NCBI RefSeq assembly: GCF_001194135.2
Contig: NC_068999.1
Location: forward strand, 12,916,239-12,980,238
From: Octopus bimaculoides
Lineage: Eukaryota
Direction: 5' to 3'
Length of the DNA: 64,000 nucleotides
Below, piece after piece: positions 54,734 to 64,000 of the stretch. Each line of letters begins with the position of its first letter. Position 1 is the first letter of the stretch. The position numbers were made by a program, and so were the translations under genes. The notes under the pieces were generated by a model, which made no database searches, was not told the origin of the DNA, and saw nothing but the letters and a program-made list of their open reading frames with translations.

Positions 54734-55630
54734 ATAAGTCACTCTGCCCTAATTATTCTACGGGATAGTGGAGGATAAGAAAAAGAAACGTATTATCAAT
54801 TTGAAAGTCCAACTTCAAGAATATCATAAACTACAGTGATTCAAATACAGATAGACTAAGGAGACGCTTATAGAGGAAACTCCTATGTGTTAACCAATAT
54901 TATAGAATCAATGCAGCGACTAACAGCTATAAGATATTCAACATAAATAATGTTAAAGTCAGCTGGAGTGGTGAAAACGATATAAGGACGATAATGATAA
55001 AACATAATAATAATAAACACACAAGAAATGCCCCCCCCAAAAAAAAATACATAACAGTAGTTCTGTATACTGCTTCCATCTAAGTTGTAGCTTTTATTCA
55101 AATCATAGGTCCCAACAGAGTAACAAAGGCGTTTATCAGGATGACAGACAATATATGTATGTACGTGTGGTTATATCTGTATGAGGGACGTGTTTTGCTA
55201 TATATTCATGTTAGTTTAATTCCGTATTTATTAATAATTGTACTTGCGCATAGATGTATTATACAAAACTATGCTTGTTGTTTATGTATTCATGCTTAAC
55301 ATGTCATGCCAAAAATGCATTCATTGCAAATGGAAGAAATTTATATACATATATGTGAAATAGAAGGAATGGGGCTTATGCTACGTGTATCAAAATAATG
55401 AGGTGTCTAAGGAAATGCATTTCTCACGCTTCATTGTTTCGTGTTACTCCAGTAGAAACAGGACTGATTTCGGCTGTCTAGTATGTGAAATGTTGCATAA
55501 ATATTTTTCGGTGGTTCATTGAGCATGTTCTATGTATATATTTCCATGATTTTTTCGTAAAATTATGTAAACGTATAAGCGTACACAAAAAAAAAAATAC
55601 AAGCACACATTATATAATACATTATTCACA

Positions 55631-55712
55631 TTATTTACATTTGACAGATGTTTGTCCTCATCTTGTTTGTTGTTAATACAACGTTTTGGCTGATATAGCC
55701 TTCGTCAAAGGT
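55631..55712 (-). repeat. Hammerhead-family repeat (as 3066), copy 3, core mutated
   Basis: Minus strand reads ACCT TTGACGA A GGCT-atatc-AGCC AAAAC GTT GTATT. Confidence 0.7.
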
Positions 55713-56558
55713 AAATAATGTATAAAGAACGTACATGATTACTCATCTCTTAAATATAGAACTCTATACATATAATGTTTCACATAATATCGAAAGATAA
55801 TTGTATATAAGGATAGTATTGTTTATAAAAATATCAGTGGCTTAGAATTCGTAAAAAAAACATAAAGCTAAAATTATCAATTCATAGTTAAGGGCACTAT
55901 AGGCCGTGCGAGCATGCTCCAATAGCAGTAAATTGACCGAACTGCAAGTTTTCACTTAAACACAAAGGTGAAGACGGGCCAAAAAGAACTAAACAATTAA
56001 TATCCCGTACCAATAATGAGAATAGACGAAAATAGAGAAAGTCAGACATACGCGTATCACCGTACTTTCGAACTTTATTTAGTCCCCACCAGGTCTTATA
56101 TATATACATAATGTAATATATATATATACGTATATATATATATATATATATATATNNNNNNNNNNNNNNNNNNNNNNNNNNNNNNNNNNNNNNNNNNNNN
56201 NNNNNNNNNNNNNNNNNNNNNNNNNNNNNNNNNNNNNNNNNNNNNNNNNNNNNNNNNNNNNNNNNNNNNNNNNNNNNNNNNNNNNNNNNNNNNNNNNNNN
56301 NNNNNNNNNNNNNNNNNNNNNNNNNNNNNNNNNNNNNNNNNNNNNNNNNNNNNNNNNNNNNNNNNNNNNNNNNNNNNNNNNNNNNNNNNNNNNNNNNNNN
56401 NNNNNNNNNNNNNNNNNNNNNNNNNNNNNNNNNNNNNNNNNNNNNNNNNNNNNNNNNNNNNNNNNNNNNNNNNNNNNNNNNNNNNNNNNNNNNNNNNNNN
56501 NNNNNNNNNNNNNNNNNNNNNNNNNNNNNNNNNNNNNNNNNNNNNTATACATATGTAT

Positions 56559-56655
56559 ATAGGAAAATGAAAAAAAGCCAGAATGCTGAACTGGAAGCAT
56601 ATTTTATTAAAATATGCTTCCAGTTCAGCATTCTGGCTTTTTTTTATTTTCCTAT
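56559..56655. repeat. 97-bp near-perfect hairpin (possible MITE)
   Basis: 47-bp arms at 56559-56605 and 56609-56655 with 1 mismatch and a 3-nt spacer. Confidence 0.95.
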
Positions 56656-56696
56656 TATTTCTCCACGTGCGGTTAACACAACCCCACTATTTACTG

Positions 56697-56762
<66 letters not shown>

Positions 56763-56929
56763 ATATATATATATATATATACAAGGAAAATAAGACGGAA
56801 GAATATACTAAAATATGTTTAACATGAAGTACGTTTAGTTCAGGTTTCCGCGAATGTAGACTTTCAACTAAGAGTAAAATACGAAAACCATTTAAATTGG
56901 AGACAAATATTGAGTGAAATGTTTTGTAG

Positions 56930-57200
56930 ATATTCTAATATGGATAGTACCAGGGCTATATAATATAAAGTGTCCATGAAGACTACTGCACTACCTTTGT
57001 CGGCCACTTTGATAGAAATTGTGTTATCATGTTTTAATCTGTTCATCTCAGCCGATTCTTTTTTGCTGAAGTTTGCTTTGAATTTCTATTTATGTATAAG
57101 CTGACATGGGTAATTCGTGATGTGTTCACAGAAACGGTCAAGAATGGTGTCCTTACCTTTTGACAGAATGCTGTTACTTTTATTCTAGACTAACGAGACA
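56930..57200 (-). mobile_element. Penelope-like element, N-terminal RT fragment
   Basis: SKGKDTILDRFC..KANFSKKESAEMNRLKHDNTISIKVADKGSAVVFMD contains the PLE I.I..ADKG.AVV.MD motif. Confidence 0.8.
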
Positions 57201-57234
57201 TAATATTATATAAACTAAAGTATCCACTTATCTG

Positions 57235-57945
57235 CAGGATCTACCCAGAATCACTAATTGATATAGGCTTTCAACTCAATATCCACGAACTCAGAAACCA
57301 CAAACTAAAGAAGGATTTACAGCCAAAAGCCTTACCATACATATCTACACACAAACCCCTTCGACACCATCCTCTACAGCATATCTTTCCTAAAATGGCC
57401 CTATAGAATTTATCACATCTTGAAAATACACACCATCGTACAGAGCAAAAGACAACCAAACTCAATGACAAATCTTCTAACACAGGCCAACAACATCGTA
57501 ACCGACATGAACAAAATACAGAAGACCTAACTATGGTATATGTAACAACCTAATAAAGGGATCGGAATTCTCTTTCAAGCTGGGCCAACGTTTCACAGTC
57601 AAAAACAACTTCACATGTGCTTCGGAAAACCCAATATATGTATTAACTTGCTGAGGGTGACAAGAACAATATATTTTTTTCGGAACCCTTCTCCACTTCG
57701 GTCTTCGAAGGTCTCGTTCGAATGTTTGCTACTACCACCGAGATCTACACCCGCGGTCGGCTTCACCCGGGCTCGCGCCCGCGGCCTCCGTGCACGCCGC
57801 GGCGCCCTCCTACTCGACCGGGCATCGGAAAGTCACCTCGCCGGCGATCGCGCAACCTGTCGCTCGGCCGGTCCGGCATCGGTCGCTCGCTTCAGCGCCA
57901 TTGGTCAAACTAAAAGCAGTTTACGTCAGAGGATGACGGTACATA
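57235..57945 (+). mobile_element. Penelope-like element, linker plus GIY-YIG endonuclease, split by a 28S insertion
   Basis: YPESLIDIG, LPYISTHKP, IVQSKRQPNSMTNLLTQA, GICNNLIKGSEFSFKLGQRFTVKNNFTCASENPIYVLTC*G*QEQYI [insert] IGQTKSSLRQRMTVH; homologous to 21000-21380. Confidence 0.85.
57681..57901 (-). rRNA. 28S: 28S (LSU) rRNA fragment, retroposed and non-functional
   Basis: Reverse complement of the conserved LSU segment ATGGCGCT...GAGTAGGAGGG...AGATCTCGGTGGTAGTAGCAAACATTCGAACGAGACCTTCGAAGACCGAAGTGGAGAAGGGTTCC. It is GC-rich in an AT-rich context and has A7 at its 3' end. Confidence 0.92.
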
Positions 57946-60439
57946 CATCATCATCATTATCATCCTCATCATCATCATCATCATCATCCTCACCATCATC
58001 CTCATCATCATCATCATCATCAACATCATCATCTTCTTCATCTTCTCTTTCTTCTTCTTCTTCTTCTTCTTCTTCTTCTTCTTCTTCTTCTTCTTCTTCT
58101 TCTTCTTCTTCTTCTTCTTCTTCTTCTTCTTCNNNNNNNNNNNNNNNNNNNNNNNNNNNNNNNNNNNNNNNNNNNNNNNNNNNNNNNNNNNNNNNNNNNN
58201 NNNNNNNNNNNNNNNNNNNNNNNNNNNNNNNNNNNNNNNNNNNNNNNNNNNNNNNNNNNNNNNNNNNNNNNNNNNNNNNNNNNNNNNNNNNNNNNNNNNN
58301 NNNNNNNNNNNNNNNNNNNNNNNNNNNNNNNNNNNNNNNNNNNNNNNNNNNNNNNNNNNNNNNNNNNNNNNNNNNNNNNNNNNNNNNNNNNNNNNNNNNN
58401 NNNNNNNNNNNNNNNNNNNNNNNNNNNNNNNNNNNNNNNNNNNNNNNNNNNNNNNNNNNNNNNNNNNNNNNNNNNNNNNNNNNNNNNNNNNNNNNNNNNN
58501 NNNNNNNNNNNNNNNNNNNNNNNNNNNNNNNNNNNNNNNNNNNNNNNNNNNNNNNNNNNNNNNNNNNNNNNNNNNNNNNNNNNNNNNNNNNNNNNNNNNN
58601 NNNNNNNNNNNNNNNNNNNNNNNNNNNNNNNNNNNNNNNNNNNNNNNNNNNNNNNNNNNNNNNNNNNNNNNNNNNNNNNNNNNNNNNNNNNNNNNNNNNN
58701 NNNNNNNNNNNNNNNNNNNNNNNNNNNNNNNNNNNNNNNNNNNNNNNNNNNNNNNNNNNNNNNNNNNNNNNNNNNNNNNNNNNNNNNNNNNNNNNNNNNN
58801 NNNNNNNNNNNNNNNNNNNNNNNNNNNNNNNNNNNNNNNNNNNNNNNNNNNNNNNNNNNNNNNNNNNNNNNNNNNNNNNNNNNNNNNNNNNNNNNNNNNN
58901 NNNNNNNNNNNNNNNNNNNNNNNNNNNNNNNNNNNNNNNNNNNNNNNNNNNNNNNNNNNNNNNNNNNNNNNNNNNNNNNNNNNNNNNNNNNNNNNNNNNN
59001 NNNNNNNNNNNNNNNNNNNNNNNNNNNNNNNNNNNNNNNNNNNNNATGTGTGTGTGTGGGTGGGTGTGTGTGTGTGTGTATGTATGTGTGTGTGTGTGTA
59101 CACATAACGTCCTCTTCATGGTGAAAATTTGGTATAAACAAAACAGTTAACTTTTGCTTGAATAATTGAAAACGATGCATATTAATAAAATTCCCATGTT
59201 AAAAATATTCTGTTATTTATCCATATATGCCAAAACAGTCACATTTATCAAAGCATTACTATGATTTAATAGGTAACTATTAGAAAATATACCCTCTTAC
59301 CAACATAATGTTCTTGTATATTTTATGTGTGCTATAAATATAACGGATTACGTTGAATAAACAAGTAACACTATTATCGCTAATTATTTTATCGACCAGG
59401 GAATATATAACGTTAACTACCCAAGGATTTAATGGCAGATGTTCAGTGATACGTTCCTAAATCAGACACCGCTCTATTTCGTCTGGCTAATACTATTTCA
59501 GACACGTTGCGTCTACAGAGACTTGATAATAGAGAAATAATAGTAGCCAGTGCTTGTTGAGGTGTAATTTGTTTCATTATGTTGATTTGTTTTTCGATAA
59601 AAAGCAAACGCTGTACTTTGCCTTATTCTTCCTAAGTAATGAACAACAGTAATATATAACATACTTAGGGAATAGCCATAATGCAGTCAATGTACCTATC
59701 AACCTAAATGTACATTGTTAGAAATACATCAAAATATATCCGACCAATTTACTGATTAATAACTTAAAACATCACATAGTGAAAGGCGTTCTAAATCTAG
59801 GGACGGCAGAGTGTCTTAGAATGTTCATATCTGAAAGGGAGTTTAGTAGTATTGTATTAGCCATGCTAACTAAAGCTAAGTAAATATTTAAAAAGTGTGG
59901 CACCACAGATTGCGCATTTGATTTTGGTTTATAGAAATTGTGACACATAAAATTATTCACTTACTTAAATCTGTTTTCTTCTTAATAAATTAAGGGGTTG
60001 AATTTTATGCTAATCGTCCCCTAAGATATTGTAAATGTGTGATGCAACGGAGTATACGACTTATATATGTATACTAGAAAGATTATCAAGTGCATTTGAT
60101 AAAAACATCCGTAATTTATATATATTATATGATATTAGTGAGACATTTGATATGTTTTAATAGGTAATGAGAAATAACACTACCCAACATTTACTACATG
60201 TAATATATTAATAAACATGATTAACGTTGTGTAATGAAGATTGAATGCAAATAAATTCTCTTGTTTATATATAACAGTGTTACATTAATGAATACGAATT
60301 ACATAATATAGGAATTGTATAATATAAATATCTACAGTAAAATTTTCAGAGACTGAAGATTACTTGTGTATACCGTCTGTAGTCCTGAGACTACTTCTTC
60401 ACACCGAAAACATGAATTTCTATCTGGATATTGATTTCA

Positions 60440-61045
60440 GAGTTTAGCACAAGGCCAGCACTGGGGAAAAGGAAAGTCAATTACACGGACGCTAGTGCCA
60501 TGCTGCTACTTGTTAGATACACACCTAAAAGGAGGAAAAGAAAATTATACAGCGGTCAAATTTTAACTGGGATCGTAAATACGGGCAAAAACCGTTAAGG
60601 AATTTGCTCTCTGTGCTTACGGATTTGCTAAATTTCCGTCTTTTTTGTTTCTCGATATCGGCTTCAACTTTAGCACAGAAGCAGTAATTTCCGTCATGCG
60701 ATTAAATCGATTGCATACACCCCAGTGTTCAACTAGTGCTTACTTTATCGACCCGGAATGTATGAAGGGAAAAGGCAACCAAGACACAATTTGAACAAGA
60801 AATTAAAGACGGACTCGCCATGCTAATGACCCTCTCAGCTCACCGCTTTTTGAACGACAACAACAAAAACAACAACAGCAGCAATAGGGAAGATGGTGAT
60901 GTTTTAAATTTGTTCCGACAGAGCAGCATCTTCGGTGCAATGGATAAGTCGACAGTCGATTACATCGAACTATGTGCTCAAATGATATTTATTTTGTCGA
61001 CACCAAAATGTCGAAAGGCATTGTCGCCATCGGCAGTATTAAAAA
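60440..61045 (-). mobile_element. Cluster of three diverged core-SINE copies (39381 family)
   Basis: Core-like segments at ~60475-60560, ~60705-60790 (aatcgattgcatacaccccagtgttcaactagtgcttactttatcgacccggaatgtatgaagggaaaag) and ~60955-61030. Confidence 0.55.
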
Positions 61046-61239
61046 TTACCATATATGTATTAACAGTCCAAAGAATAAGGAAAACCTGTATCTTATACAT
61101 TTCCGATTTAGCCAATCCAAATCGGCTCACCAAATGTGAAAAGTAAGCTTCCACGTTCTGCCGGAGCATGTTGGTAGAGCATTGACAAGCTTTTCTCTTA
61201 TTGGAGCTGTCGCGAATGTTCATCTTTACGGTCTCCTAT

Positions 61240-61960
61240 GCTGCCTGCAGTCTACGCAATGTAGCTAACTGTCATGTTTCTGCACCGTCCTCAGTACATC
61301 GAAAGCTATACACTACATTTCTAAGCTTATAGTTAACCTAGGAGCTCATTCTATATACAAGGCAATTGTACAGATCGGGATGTTAATGGGGTACCAAGGA
61401 TTCTCTACTACTTTAATTCGTAGATTAGACTTACTTAACGGTTTTCTAAATGGTAAGCTAGTTCGCAGCAAGTGGTAGTGTCGAGGAACATGACATTCTG
61501 GTATTTGTTTGTTTGTTATCATACCAAGTTCTATTTATGTCATTACTCCTCCGTTCTGTGCAGTTCTAAGTTATACTCGTATAGAGCGTGCAGATCCCTT
61601 AGCATCACTCCTGTGTACATTCTACTATAGCCCGTCTGGTTGTAGCCGGGTCGCACATGCGAGATTCAATCGTCATCACTCTTATCAAGTCAGCTATAAG
61701 AATGTTTAACTTCGCGATGTTCAGAATAGGTGCATTTTTGTGAACAACGTATTTAGAGGCCATTGGTTTGGCATAATGAGATTGAAGGATCTAGACATTA
61801 CTCCTCTTCGGTTTTACCCAGAGTTCAATGTCTCAAACTGGTAATCTATACGTAGGGTGTTAACTAGGGTAGTATCTCTTTATTTCTCTGATCCATCTGT
61901 TCCATCTCCCTTTAGGGGTCTTCTTGGCCATAGAAGTTACAGTGGGGAGGTCTACCTCTT
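61240..61960 (-). mobile_element. Possible highly decayed LINE AP-endonuclease region (RTE-like)
   Basis: Weak by-eye similarity (e.g. VNTLR, DVLRTVQKH) in a more GC-rich block; no intact frame. Confidence 0.3.
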
Positions 61961-62071
61961 TTCACTCCAGTGAGGAAGAAATGGCGAAGGTCAGGTTTAT
62001 CTAGGTACTCATTGCCACATGTCAGCCTGGAGAGGAGGCCTACTATCTCCACAGTAAAGCCAAATCGAAAA

Positions 62072-62105
<34 letters not shown>

Positions 62106-62633
62106 NNNNNNNNNNNNNNNNNNNNNNNNNNNNNNNNNNNNNNNNNNNNNNNNNNNNNNNNNNNNNNNNNNNNNNNNNNNNNNNNNNNNNNNNNNNNNNN
62201 NNNNNNNNNNNNNNNNNNNNNNNNNNNNNNNNNNNNNNNNNNNNNNNNNNNNNNNNNNNNNNNNNNNNNNNNNNNNNNNNNNNNNNNNNNNNNNNNNNNN
62301 NNNNNNNNNNNNNNNNNNNNNNNNNNNNNNNNNNNNNNNNNNNNNNNNNNNNNNNNNNNNNNNNNNNNNNNNNNNNNNNNNNNNNNNNNNNNNNNNNNNN
62401 NNNNNNNNNNNNNNNNNNNNNNNNNNNNNNNNNNNNNNNNNNNNNNNNNNNNNNNNNNNNNNNNNNNNNNNNNNNNNNNNNNNNNNNNNNNNNNNNNNNN
62501 NNNNNNNNNNNNNNNNNNNNNNNNNNNNNNNNNNNNNNNNNNNNNNNNNNNNNNNNNNNNNNNNNNNNNNNNNNNNNNNNNNNNNNNNNNNNNNNNNNNN
62601 NNNNNNNNNNNNNNNNNNNNNNNNNNNNNNNNN

Positions 62634-62668
<35 letters not shown>

Positions 62669-62832
62669 CATATATATATTTATAGCCATATATCCATGCG
62701 GTGCTTCAGCATGCCCATGCTCCAATGACTGAAACAATTTACAGATACAACGTATAAACACGTAATAACACACTCACGCACCCGTTCGAACACCCCATGT
62801 CTCCACACCAACATATATATACATATATATAT

Positions 62833-62990
62833 ACGATTGACTTGTTTCCGTCTACCAGATTTCCCTATCCACTCACATGGTTTTAGGTAACTCAGTACTA
62901 TAATGTTTATACTGGAAGTCATTAGACCAGAGAGCCTTGCTGCGGGATTGAGACTAAGCCCGCATATTTGGTAGACAAGCTATTTAGTAC
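62833..62990 (-). mobile_element. 5' half of the 7994-family SINE, diverged
   Basis: gtttccgtctacc...atccactcacatggtttt...gcgggattgag...tttggtagacaagctattt is the approximate reverse complement of 7994-8135. Confidence 0.6.
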
Positions 62991-63505
62991 TCAAAACTGA
63001 TAAGTTTGTTTACTAGAAATAGCTTAACTGTAACATCAAACGTACTGTTATAATAATTAAACTTCCTGTTCCTTGTATGTTTATATCTTTCCATATTTCC
63101 TCACACTAGAGCAAAAACAATGTTCTTCCTTTAAGAGTAGTTTTTCTATGCCTGCTTTATGATTCTCACTAAGACTGGTCGTGCTCTTATTCAATCGACG
63201 TTATCAGAATTTTACTATTCTGCCAGCCTTGACGATATAAACAGTTGCCAGAGTATATTCCCGTCGTATATGCTAAAATTCTATCGATTAAATCTCAAGT
63301 CCCAAAGTCTTATTTTTCACTTTATGCGGTGTTGGGAGGGAATTATGTGAAACGTCCCTGAAAATTATATTCAAGTGCGAAGAAGTAAATAAATGACCAC
63401 CATCCTATCTATCTATCACTCCTCTCACTCTCTCTCTTTATATGTTCAGATAGATAGATAGATTAGATAGATGAAAATATATTATACACACACACACATA
63501 CACAT

Positions 63506-63594
<89 letters not shown>

Positions 63595-64000
63595 TGCCGC
63601 ATGTTAACCAGCCNNNNNNNNNNNNNNNNNNNNNNNNNNNNNNNNNNNNNNNNNNNNNNNNNNNNNNNNNNNNNNNNNNNNNNNNNNNNNNNNNNNNNNN
63701 NNNNNNNNNNNNNNNNNNNNNNNNNNNNNNNNNNNNNNNNNNNNNNNNNNNNNNNNNNNNNNNNNNNNNNNNNNNNNNNNNNNNNNNNNNNNNNNNNNNN
63801 NNNNNNNNNNNNNNNNNNNNNNNNNNNNNNNNNNNNNNNNNNNNNNNNNNNNNNNNNNNNNNNNNNNNNNNNNNNNNNNNNNNNNNNNNNNNNNNNNNNN
63901 NNNNNNNNNNNNNNNNNNNNNNNNNNNNNNNNNNNNNNNNNNNNNNNNNNNNNNNNNNNNNNNNNNNNNNNNNNNNNNNNNNNNNNNNNNNNTATATATA

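Noticed and set aside
57681-57901. Functional rDNA unit
   Set aside because: Only ~220 bp of 28S, flanked on both sides by PLE coding sequence.
898-62773. Long ORFs in the supplied track (e.g. 9742-10575, 21683-22726, 52936-54055, 57615-59150, 61970-62773)
   Set aside because: They consist of N gaps and microsatellite translations, not coding sequence.

Overview
AT-rich, microsatellite-dense eukaryotic DNA with many N gaps, most of them starting or ending in simple repeats. The tRNA-derived SINE and LINE families match those I recognise from octopod cephalopods (inference, no search run). No intact protein-coding gene can be supported, and most ORFs in the track are gap or microsatellite artefacts. 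The recognisable content is decayed retroelements: four R4/Dong-like non-LTR fragments, two Penelope-like elements (PLE; RT plus GIY-YIG), an L1/Tx1-like RT fragment, a Tc1/mariner remnant and several SINEs. There is also a probable decayed rhodopsin-class GPCR. Highlights: (1) a ~220-bp 28S rRNA fragment with a short A-tail inserted antisense exactly into the YIG motif of a PLE endonuclease, with ATT duplicated on both sides; (2) several minimal type I hammerhead-ribozyme motifs in up to three different repeat families; (3) two near-perfect long DNA palindromes.
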